A model generated the notes under the pieces. That model was not told the origin of the DNA. It saw nothing but the letters and a program-made list of their open reading frames with translations, and did no database searches. The position numbers and the translations under genes were made by a program. A DNA stretch of 29,724 nucleotides from an uncultured Francisellaceae bacterium (GTDB lineage: Bacteria; Pseudomonadota; Gammaproteobacteria; Francisellales; CACEW01). Location of the stretch: the NCBI GenBank assembly GCA_905612315.1, contig CAJQSL010000089.1:1-29724 (forward strand). The letters run 5' to 3'. Positions within the stretch are counted from its first letter, which is position 1. Each line of letters starts with the position of its first letter. Below, one piece after another: positions 8,986 through 16,071 of this stretch.

Positions 8986-9059
8986 TTTTATGAGTATTGA
9001 ATCAAATTTGTTGAAACAGATCATTTCTGACCAGCAGGAGGAGCTGGCATGGGTGTGAT

Positions 9060-9167
9060 GGGAGTATCTCCTTTTATGGCAGCAATGGGTAATGGTGGTG
9101 GGGCTTCGGCTGCTAAGAAGGAGGGTGTTCCTGAACAGCAAAATGGGGCTTCTTAGGAGCCCCTTTC
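9060..9167 (+). pseudogene. 35-codon ORF (MGVMGVSPFMAAMGNGGGASAAKKEGVPEQQNGAS) that is a near-copy of the 3' end of the large gene (7024..7123). Likely a gene fragment, but it carries a consensus SD (AGGAGG 7 nt upstream).
   Basis: DNA-level similarity to 7024-7110 is very high (for example ccttttatggcagc[a/t]atgggtaatggtggtggggct), with a 9-nt indel. At protein level, PAGGAGMGVMGVSPFMAAMGNGGGAS aligns with QAGGAGMGMAPFMAAMGNGGGAAS. An in-frame stop lies immediately upstream of the similarity, so no larger ORF exists. Confidence 0.45.
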
Positions 9168-9179
9168 TAGCTTTGTACC
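9156..9179. terminator. Weak hairpin between the convergent small ORF and the AAA+ ATPase gene
   Basis: GGGGCT-tcttagg-AGCCCC is a 6-bp GC stem followed by tttct on the + strand. Confidence 0.35.
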
Positions 9180-9191
9180 TTTGCTAAGTTA

Positions 9192-10352
9192 TTAAATGTC
9201 ATCAGGTAAGAAATTCATTAAGCTAAAGGTGGAAAGAAACTCAGCAAGGTCCCGAATGTGAATATTATCTTCTGTATCAAATTCTTTTGGGCAATTTAAA
9301 ACTAACTGGTAGCAGTCTTTTAATTTGAGGGCCTTTTTGAAAAAATTAAGATGCTTGCTTGGGGTTGTGTCTGATGTTTTAACCTCACAACAAAAAGCAG
9401 GTTTGTCTTCTATTGTTATAAGAAAGTCAACTTCTTGGTTGTTTCTGGTTCTTAGATAGTGCAATCTAGCACTAAACCCCTCAGTATCTTCTAGGTAGTG
9501 AATTTCTTTTAACAAAGCGCAAGCTACTAGATTCTCTACTCGTGCGCCTTCATCTTTTACTCTGGGAGTATCAAAGAAGTAGAATTTAGGTTCTTTTAAA
9601 ATGGAGCGAGCTATATTGTGATGGTACGGCGTTATTCTAAATAACACATAAAAGTTTTCTAATAGCATGGTCCAGTTTTTTACGGTTTTGGCATCTACTT
9701 GTAAATCTTGTGCTAGGTTCGAGTATGATAGTGGCGAGGCAATTCTACTCATGAGTAAGTCAATTAATATTTCAATGCTTTTGATGGACCTTATGCTGCT
9801 TAGGTCTAAAAAGTCTTGTCTTAGGATGATGTCCAGATGAGTTTTGCGCCATCTTCTGTAGAATGTCTTAGAGTCTTTTAAATACGGCTCAGGAAAACCG
9901 CTTAGCTGTAAAATTTTTGTTGCTGTTTTATGGGGGGATTCTTTGGTAAGTGCGGTTATTTCTTTTATATCTACAGGGTGTAAGCGAAATTGAAAATATC
10001 TGCCAGCTAATGAGTCACCAACTTTAGTAAAGCTGTCCATATTAGCACTGCCAGTGACTATTATTCGAGGACGTACTCCTTCAGTATCATAAATTCCTTT
10101 TATCCAGCGTTTCCATTCGGGCATTTTATGTAACTCATCAAAGATTACGCACTCAACATCTCTGGGCCAGTGTTTTTTTAATATCATCTCGCGCTCAGAG
10201 CTTAAGTCATAATTTAGGTATGCATAGTTTTTAAATAGAGCTTTTGAGAGAGTGGTTTTTCCTGTTTGGCGCGGGCCGCTAATTAAGATTATTTTTTCGT
10301 CGCAGTCTTTTTTTATCAAATCTCTAATATATCTATCCATATTTGTAACCAA
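9192..10352 (-). CDS. AAA+ family ATPase with C-terminal DUF4143 domain (ATP-binding protein, archaeal-ATPase type)
   Basis: 386 aa with a Walker A motif (GPRQTGKTT) near the N-terminus and a Walker B-like motif (VIFDELH). The overall layout is typical of the widespread DUF4143 ATPase family. It is the only intact gene between the tRNA direct repeats. Confidence 0.8.
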   Translation of the reverse strand: MVTNMDRYIRDLIKKDCDEKIILISGPRQTGKTTLSKALFKNYAYLNYDLSSEREMILKKHWPRDVECVIFDELHKMPEWKRWIKGIYDTEGVRPRIIVTGSANMDSFTKVGDSLAGRYFQFRLHPVDIKEITALTKESPHKTATKILQLSGFPEPYLKDSKTFYRRWRKTHLDIILRQDFLDLSSIRSIKSIEILIDLLMSRIASPLSYSNLAQDLQVDAKTVKNWTMLLENFYVLFRITPYHHNIARSILKEPKFYFFDTPRVKDEGARVENLVACALLKEIHYLEDTEGFSARLHYLRTRNNQEVDFLITIEDKPAFCCEVKTSDTTPSKHLNFFKKALKLKDCYQLVLNCPKEFDTEDNIHIRDLAEFLSTFSLMNFLPDDI

Positions 10353-10378
10353 TTGTTTTTAAATATTATCTTAATGAC

Positions 10379-10443
10379 ATTTTAGGACACAATTCCTGTT
10401 TTGTCAAGACAATTCGGGAATTGTGTCCTGTTTTGTCTTGACT
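10379..10443 (-). promoter_or_regulatory. Near-consensus sigma70 promoter for the AAA+ ATPase, overlapped by a perfect 12-bp inverted repeat (candidate operator). A divergent TTGACT -35-like element lies on the + strand.
   Basis: The minus strand reads TTGACA (10407..10402), a 17-bp spacer, then TAAAAT (10384..10379), with the ATG at 10352. GGACACAATTCC (10385-10396) and GGAATTGTGTCC (10417-10428) are exact reverse complements flanking the -35. cctgttttgtcaagac and cctgttttgtcttgac are a direct repeat pair. A + strand TTGACT lies at 10438-10443. Confidence 0.55.
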
Positions 10444-10503
10444 TGTTAAGCCTTTTTTGAGTATATTAATTTAACGAAAGGATGGAAAAATAAGTAAAAA
10501 GAA

Positions 10504-10580
10504 TGGTGGCTATGGGTGGACTTGAACCACCGACCCCAGCATTATGAATGCTGTGCTCTAACCGGCTGAGCTACATAGCC
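10504..10580 (-). tRNA. tRNA-Met (anticodon CAT), elongator type. tRNA-Ile2 (lysidine-CAT) cannot be fully excluded.
   Basis: The reverse complement folds as a cloverleaf: acceptor GGCTATG/CATAGCC, D-arm GCTC-AGCCGGTTA-GAGC, anticodon stem CAGCA/TGCTG with loop TTCATAA, T-arm GGTGG-TTCAAGT-CCACC, and an encoded CCA. The G1:C72 pair argues against initiator tRNA. The sequence is close to E. coli metT. Confidence 0.85.
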
Positions 10581-10595
10581 AAAGTAATCCGCGTT

Positions 10596-10624
10596 ATTAT
10601 GTAATAATTGAGTGAAATTGTCAA
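10596..10624 (-). promoter_or_regulatory. Putative tRNA-Met promoter
   Basis: The minus strand reads TTGACA (10624..10619), a 17-bp spacer, then CATAAT (10601..10596), about 15 nt upstream of the tRNA 5' end. Confidence 0.45.
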
Positions 10625-10704
10625 TAATTCAGAGCACAATAACTTGCAATCAGATATTATATAGACTTAAGATTATAACAGTATAATAATAGTTTGGGGT
10701 TGGT

Positions 10705-11751
10705 GTGATCGAATCTGATAAAATTGATGTTATTGAAAATAATCAAGGTGATAGGATTATAAGCGCAGATCAGCAAGGCCCTGATAATATTATTGATCGG
10801 GCATTGCGCCCTAAAACGCTAGAAGGTTTCGAGGGTCAGCCCAAAGTTTCAGCACAAATGCGTATTTTTATTGATGCTGCTATAGCAAGAGCAGAAAGTT
10901 TGGATCATGTTTTAATTTATGGTCCGCCGGGCTTAGGTAAAACTACTTTATCTCACATAATTGCGTATGAGATGGGAGTTAGTGTAAAGCAAACTTCAGG
11001 TCCTGTGATAGAAAAGGCAGGAGATTTAGCTGCTATTTTAACTAATCTGCAGCCTAATGATGTATTGTTTATAGATGAGATCCATCGATTATCCCCGCAA
11101 ATTGAAGAAGTTTTATATCCAGCTTTAGAAGATTATAAATTAGATATTATGATTGGTGAAGGCCCGGCAGCGAGATCCATAAAGCTTGATTTGCCCCCCT
11201 TTACTTTAGTTGGGGCGACTACTAGAGCAGGTTTATTAACCGCACCTTTAAGAGACAGATTTGGTATCACCCAAAGACTGCAGTTCTATGATGTAAAATC
11301 TTTAGTTAATATAGTTAAAAGATCAGCTCAATTGTTAGATGTGAATCTTTCTGATTGCGGCGCTAATGAGATTGCAAAAAGATCGCGCGGCACTCCAAGA
11401 ATTGCAAATAGATTATTGCGCAGAGTTAGAGATTTTGCCCAGTGTAAGAATTGTAAAATTATTAAAGCATTTGATGCAGATGCCGCGCTTAATTTATTAG
11501 AAGTAGATGCAAGAGGCTTGGATGAGAGTGATCGGATATTATTAAGAACCATAGTTAAGCAATTTGCCGGCGGCCCGGTTGGCTTAGATACTTTGTCTGC
11601 AGCCATTGGCGAAGAAAAAGGTACCATTGAGGAGATAATTGAGCCATATTTAATTCAGCAAGGTTTAATACAGCGATCTCCTCGAGGAAGGCTCGCTAGT
11701 GATTTAACTTATGAGTATTTAGGTTTACCAAATAAAAATAGGAGAAATTAA
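10705..11751 (+). CDS. ruvB: Holliday junction branch-migration helicase RuvB (GTG start)
   Basis: Collinear with E. coli RuvB from MIESDK.../MIEADR... through Walker [16 protein letters not shown], and the C-terminal EPYLIQQG(L/F)(I/L)QR(S/T)PRGR. Confidence 0.95.
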   Translation: MIESDKIDVIENNQGDRIISADQQGPDNIIDRALRPKTLEGFEGQPKVSAQMRIFIDAAIARAESLDHVLIYGPPGLGKTTLSHIIAYEMGVSVKQTSGPVIEKAGDLAAILTNLQPNDVLFIDEIHRLSPQIEEVLYPALEDYKLDIMIGEGPAARSIKLDLPPFTLVGATTRAGLLTAPLRDRFGITQRLQFYDVKSLVNIVKRSAQLLDVNLSDCGANEIAKRSRGTPRIANRLLRRVRDFAQCKNCKIIKAFDADAALNLLEVDARGLDESDRILLRTIVKQFAGGPVGLDTLSAAIGEEKGTIEEIIEPYLIQQGLIQRSPRGRLASDLTYEYLGLPNKNRRN

Positions 11752-11753
11752 AT

Positions 11754-12437
11754 ATGCAAGGTCATTTATCTATTTGGGCATTAATTGCACACGCCGACTG
11801 GGTGGTTAAGTTCGTTTTATTAGTATTATTAGGGTTATCTATTGCCTCATGGTGCATTATTTTTGAGAGAACTAAAGCTATAAAAGCTGCCAATAGAGCT
11901 TTGAATGATTTTCAATTAGATTTTTGGCAGGCATCGGATCTGCAATCTTTGTATCATAAGTTTAATCGAATGCAAGAAGAGCTATCCGGAGCTGCTAATA
12001 TATTTTTGGCAGGTTTTAAAGAGCTTGTTAATAGGCAGGCGCAAAATAATAACAATAAAAGTCCAGATAAATTATTAGAAGGTGCCAACGGCATGATGAA
12101 AGTTGCCTTCTTAAAAGAAAGTGATAGGTTAGAAACTGGTTTAAGCACTCTTGCAACCATTGGTTCAGTAAGTCCGTATATTGGCTTATTTGGAACAGTT
12201 TGGGGGATAATGAGCGCGTTTCAATCTTTAGGAATGGTTGAACAGGCAACTTTGCAGATGGTAGCTCCTGGCATTTCAGAGGCATTAGTTGCAACTGCGA
12301 TGGGTTTGTTTGCAGCAATTCCGGCTGTTATAGCTTATAACAGTTTCTCAAGCGCATCTGATAATTTAGTTAATCAGTTTGAGAATTTTAAAGATGAATA
12401 CAGTGGCTTATTGCACAGACAACTTTATGCGGCATAA
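11754..12437 (+). CDS. tolQ: Tol-Pal system protein TolQ (MotA/TolQ/ExbB proton-channel family)
   Basis: 227 aa with 3 TM segments. The conserved C-terminal TM region is GLFGTVWGIMSAF...APGISEALVATAMGLFAAIPAVIAYN. It is followed directly by the tolR homolog. Confidence 0.85.
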   Translation: MQGHLSIWALIAHADWVVKFVLLVLLGLSIASWCIIFERTKAIKAANRALNDFQLDFWQASDLQSLYHKFNRMQEELSGAANIFLAGFKELVNRQAQNNNNKSPDKLLEGANGMMKVAFLKESDRLETGLSTLATIGSVSPYIGLFGTVWGIMSAFQSLGMVEQATLQMVAPGISEALVATAMGLFAAIPAVIAYNSFSSASDNLVNQFENFKDEYSGLLHRQLYAA

Positions 12438-12448
12438 AGGAGCATAAT

Positions 12449-12871
12449 ATGTCAAGACGTAGAAATAAAAGAAAGTTAGAAGCACAAATCAATGTGGTTC
12501 CATATATTGATGTGATGTTGGTTTTGCTAATAATTTTTATGGTAACAACTCCCTTGTTAAAGCAAGGCGTAACAGTTGATTTGCCCAGCGCTCATGCCAA
12601 AAGGTTGTCTACTAAAGATATGCAGCCAGTAATAGTGACCGTAAATAGAAGTGGTAAATATTTTGTTAATTTACAAAAGGGTAATGGTTATGTAAGCCCT
12701 GAGAGATTAGGCAAGGTTGTAAGTGGTTTTCTTAAGAAAAATTCCAAGCGCGATGTTTTGGTTCGAGGAGATAAGGAGGTTAGTTATGGTAAAGTTGTTG
12801 AAGCCATGGTCTTATTGCAAACAGGGGGGGTGAATAAAGTTGGGCTGATGACGGATTCTAAGTATAATTAG
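12449..12871 (+). CDS. tolR: Tol-Pal system protein TolR (ExbD/TolR family)
   Basis: 140 aa. A basic N-terminus and single TM (INVVPYIDVMLVLLIIFMV) are typical of ExbD/TolR. It is adjacent to tolQ. Confidence 0.85.
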   Translation: MSRRRNKRKLEAQINVVPYIDVMLVLLIIFMVTTPLLKQGVTVDLPSAHAKRLSTKDMQPVIVTVNRSGKYFVNLQKGNGYVSPERLGKVVSGFLKKNSKRDVLVRGDKEVSYGKVVEAMVLLQTGGVNKVGLMTDSKYN

Positions 12872-12873
12872 GA

Positions 12874-13773
12874 TTACTTCCAGCCTTTACTTTGTTTTAT
12901 CATGTCATATGCAGCTTTAATGTTTTGAGCTTTTTCTGTCGCTGATTTCATAAGATCATCCGGAAGTCCTTTAGCAACAAGCTTATCTGGATGATAATTA
13001 TTCATTTGTTTTCTGTAAGCTCTTTTGACAGTGGCTGAATCAGCGTGTTGATTAACTTCTAGGATTGTGTATGCATTTTTAAGAGTAACTTGTTGGTTTT
13101 GTGGTTTATTTATGTTTTGGCTGTTATTTTGATTTTGACTTTGTGAAGATTCTTGATATTGATATCTGCTTTGATGAGACTGTTGTTGGTTAAATTGCGC
13201 ATTAAATTGTTCTTCAAATTGCTTTTGGGCTTTGAATTTGCGGTGAACATCATCAAATTCTTTTTTACTTATACCTAGGGAATAAGCTACAGAGATTAAT
13301 AACTGGCGCTCTTTGGTGGATAAAGCCCCATCAGCGTAAGCAGCAACAAGCAGGTACTCCATAAATACTCGTAGTAAGTTCTTATTGCCTTTTGATTTAT
13401 CTCGAAGCTGGCGTAAGTAATAATGGATATTAAAATTTTTATCTTTGCCTGCTCGAAAGGCATCCATGGCAGCTATAGTTTGTTCTTCACTTAATTTTAA
13501 GTTGCGCATTATTTGTCTTGCGGTTTTAATTTCAGATTCACTAACTGTACCGTCAACTTTGCTTAAATGACCGATACAAGAAAATAGTGTATAAAAATAA
13601 AGCTTTTTGGTTTTATTTAGAGTTCCAAATAAACTAAAAGGGTGTGCTTTGGCATAGTCTTGTGCAAACCTTTTATCTAGGGCATGGCCGACTAGTATTC
13701 CCACTAGAGCCCCCACGGGCCCTAGGAACATAAATCCAAATATCAATCCAAGTATTTTTCCTATCCAAGCCAT
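12874..13773 (-). CDS. djlA: Co-chaperone DjlA (N-terminal TM, TerB-like domain, C-terminal J domain)
   Basis: The N-terminal hydrophobic segment is MAWIGKILGLIFGFMFLGPVGALVGILVG. The C-terminal J domain carries HPDK (AYTILEVNQHADSATVKRAYRKQMNNYHPDKL). Confidence 0.85.
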   Translation of the reverse strand: MAWIGKILGLIFGFMFLGPVGALVGILVGHALDKRFAQDYAKAHPFSLFGTLNKTKKLYFYTLFSCIGHLSKVDGTVSESEIKTARQIMRNLKLSEEQTIAAMDAFRAGKDKNFNIHYYLRQLRDKSKGNKNLLRVFMEYLLVAAYADGALSTKERQLLISVAYSLGISKKEFDDVHRKFKAQKQFEEQFNAQFNQQQSHQSRYQYQESSQSQNQNNSQNINKPQNQQVTLKNAYTILEVNQHADSATVKRAYRKQMNNYHPDKLVAKGLPDDLMKSATEKAQNIKAAYDMIKQSKGWK

Positions 13774-13799
13774 TTTATTAAATTTCTTCCGTAATATTT

Positions 13800-14768
13800 T
13801 TAAAATTTATTGGACATCTTGTCCGTTAATGTTTGTAGTTCAGGGCCTCTTGGATATCCAGGGTAAATAGCAGGTTTCCCTTTTTTATCTAAGTAAAGAA
13901 TTACAGGAGTACCTCGGAAGCCGTTATTGCTAAAGAAAGCAGTGTTATTGGCTACTTTTTTGAAGGCATTGGCAGTTGTTGGGTCAGTACTGCTCTTATC
14001 AAGTGCGCTTAGACCGCCTTCTTCTGTTTTAGTCTTAAATTTGTCCTCATCTTCTTGCAGTAATTTAACCGCTTCAGTATTGTTTTTGGCGCTAAGAAGG
14101 TGAGCTGCTTTCCCCGAGCTATCTGGGCGCATAATGCCAACAGGAACCCATCTTATTTGTAGGGTTCCAGCTTTTACTAGAGGTGCCATATCAAGGTAAA
14201 GTTGGTGGCAGAAAATACAGTTAGGGTCGATCATCACATATGCTTTATGAGGTGCTTTGTCTGATCCTTGGGTTACATAGCTTAAAGTATTAATGCTTTT
14301 ATAGGCATCGATTGCTTGTTTGCTTACAATATATTTTTGATTATATTCTTGTGAAAGGTTTTTACCATCAGCAGTTATGATATTTCCAAAGAAAGCAAAT
14401 TTACCATCTTTTTGGACAATTATAATCATTCTTTGTTTTGGGCCTTGCTTTGGATACACTATATAACCTTCTAAGTTATTTACAGCTTGGAATGAGCTTT
14501 CAATTACTACTTGGTTGTGAGTAATCTTGTCTATTAAAATGACAGCCTTTGGATTAAATTTTGTTTTTGCAGCTTTTTTAACAGCAGTTTTAGCTGAAAT
14601 TGTTTTTTTGGCTGGAGTTATTTTTTTAGCTGAAATTGCGCCTTTGGCTGAAATTGTTTTTTTAGCTGTATCAGCAAAACTTGAATTAGATATTCCAAAT
14701 GTGCAGGCAGCGGCTAAAGTTACAGCTGTAGTAATTAGTTTTAGTTTTTTGTTTAATCCCATCTTCAT
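13800..14768 (-). CDS. Periplasmic thiol:disulfide interchange protein, DsbC/DsbG family, with a Lys-rich tandem-repeat N-terminal extension
   Basis: The start is taken at M30 (14768), which has an agga RBS and the signal peptide MKMGLNKKLKLITTAVTLAAACTFG. The CxxC motif CIFCHQ sits in a thioredoxin-like C-terminal half. Repeats AKKTISAK/GAISAKK follow the signal peptide. Confidence 0.7.
   Translation of the reverse strand: MKMGLNKKLKLITTAVTLAAACTFGISNSSFADTAKKTISAKGAISAKKITPAKKTISAKTAVKKAAKTKFNPKAVILIDKITHNQVVIESSFQAVNNLEGYIVYPKQGPKQRMIIIVQKDGKFAFFGNIITADGKNLSQEYNQKYIVSKQAIDAYKSINTLSYVTQGSDKAPHKAYVMIDPNCIFCHQLYLDMAPLVKAGTLQIRWVPVGIMRPDSSGKAAHLLSAKNNTEAVKLLQEDEDKFKTKTEEGGLSALDKSSTDPTTANAFKKVANNTAFFSNNGFRGTPVILYLDKKGKPAIYPGYPRGPELQTLTDKMSNKF
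14590..14670 (-). repeat. In-frame coding tandem repeat (~3 copies of gctgaaattg-containing units) encoding the KKTISAK-type repeats of the DsbC-like protein
   Basis: tagctgaaattgtttttttggc, tagctgaaattgcgcctttggc and tggctgaaattgtttttttagc are read directly. Confidence 0.6.
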
Positions 14769-15108
14769 ATGTTGTCCTATTTTATTTAAAATTTTTTTAT
14801 GGATCGTTTTTATTCGTTTTAAGTCTAGTATTTTTTTGAGAGTATTGCGATCCATTGCTAGAATAAAGTTTTAACTAACCTTATTCTATTACTATCAAGA
14901 ATTTACCCGAAAAGACAGTATAAATATTATAGCGTAACCCGCGCTAGAATGCCCAAAAAATATTTTAATTATAAATTTATTATTTTTTTATAAAAATAAA
15001 GTATATATTTTTCATAAGATAAATTTTGCATTGATTTGAGCTTGAGTTACGTAATGTTTTAGCGGAAAATGGATAAAGTTTTTTTATTTTTTTATTTAGG
15101 AGTATGTT

Positions 15109-16071
15109 ATGCCAGGTATGGAGGAAGCACATAGAGCGGCAGAGGCTGCTAATTACGGAGCGATGAACGCTGTTGGTGCTGGTGCTGGTGCTGACGGTCT
15201 GCGCGAGCCATTAGGTAATTTTATAAAGTGGAGTGCTACTCAAAATCTTGGGGGTAAAAGGACTGCCAAAGTTCAAGAAATTATAGCAAAAGCAAAGCCG
15301 ATAATCGAACGTAAAGCTAAAGACATATATCAAGAGGTTTTACCTGGTCTTTTAAAAGGTAGGGAGGATGGCTTTGACCATAAGGCAGTTATAGATGCTT
15401 TAGATTTAGATAAAGAAATAGATTCTCTAGCAAACATTGAGGCTGTCAAGAATGCTATAAATAGCCAGGACAAAGGTACAAAATATAGTGATGAACAAAC
15501 GAAAGGATTACTTAATAGTCTTAAAGGAGCAACTACCCAAAAGTTTAATGAATTCTTTGAAGAACTGGCGCAGGAATACTATAAAAATTCCCTGGTTGAT
15601 CCACTAAGTAAGGTAAATCAGTTTTTAGATGCTTTTACTGCTGCAATTGCTGGCCCTCAAAGCCTGTTGGGGCATGCTTTTGGTGCATTGTATAGGAATG
15701 CTAAAGCAAATAAGCTTGGAAGTATATCTAAGAATAAGATTGAAGAGCTTGAAGGTAAATATAAAGATAATGGTTTAGATGGTGCAGGTAGTGTTGAGTT
15801 TAGTGCAGCACAAAAACGGGGGCTTGGTGACGGTGGTGGTGCTGGTGCTGGTCTTGCTCCTTCTCCTTCTGCTAAAAGGGCGAGAGCAGGAGTAGATGAT
15901 GGTGGCGGTGCTGTCCTTGCCGCTGCAGCAGCTGATACTGAGATACATAGCCCTCAACCACCGGCAGTACAAGCACCTGTCGCCGCCGCTTCTGCAGCTG
16001 CTGCGGGACTACTAGATGGTGTAATAGGCCGAGACGCCGATGGTGTGTTTGATGCAAGTGGTAGTGTCTAA
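15109..16071 (+). CDS. Hypothetical protein with Gly/Ala-rich termini and a KRAR basic motif. Possible secreted or host-targeted protein.
   Basis: 320-aa ORF with SD taggag. The ends are GC-rich and low-complexity (AVGAGAGADG; GDGGGAGAGLAPSPSAKRARAGVDDGGGAVLAAAAAD). The central region is K/E-rich with helical character. It has no recognisable enzymatic motifs. Confidence 0.6.
   Translation: MPGMEEAHRAAEAANYGAMNAVGAGAGADGLREPLGNFIKWSATQNLGGKRTAKVQEIIAKAKPIIERKAKDIYQEVLPGLLKGREDGFDHKAVIDALDLDKEIDSLANIEAVKNAINSQDKGTKYSDEQTKGLLNSLKGATTQKFNEFFEELAQEYYKNSLVDPLSKVNQFLDAFTAAIAGPQSLLGHAFGALYRNAKANKLGSISKNKIEELEGKYKDNGLDGAGSVEFSAAQKRGLGDGGGAGAGLAPSPSAKRARAGVDDGGGAVLAAAAADTEIHSPQPPAVQAPVAAASAAAAGLLDGVIGRDADGVFDASGSV

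Noticed and set aside
8668-10548. Prophage or CRISPR content in the islet
   Set aside because: No integrase, capsid or terminase genes are present, and there are no regularly spaced direct repeats with unique spacers. The repeats present are hairpins or iteron-like, not a CRISPR array.
11328-12318. Antisense ORFs 11328..11627, 11954..12160 and 12028..12318 within ruvB and tolQ
   Set aside because: They are fully contained in strongly supported conserved genes on the other strand, with no RBS or homology signal.
14527-14874. 115-aa ORF (+) over the 5' part of the DsbC-like gene
   Set aside because: It is generated by the antisense of the Lys-rich tandem repeats (AEIVFLA repeats) and has no start context.
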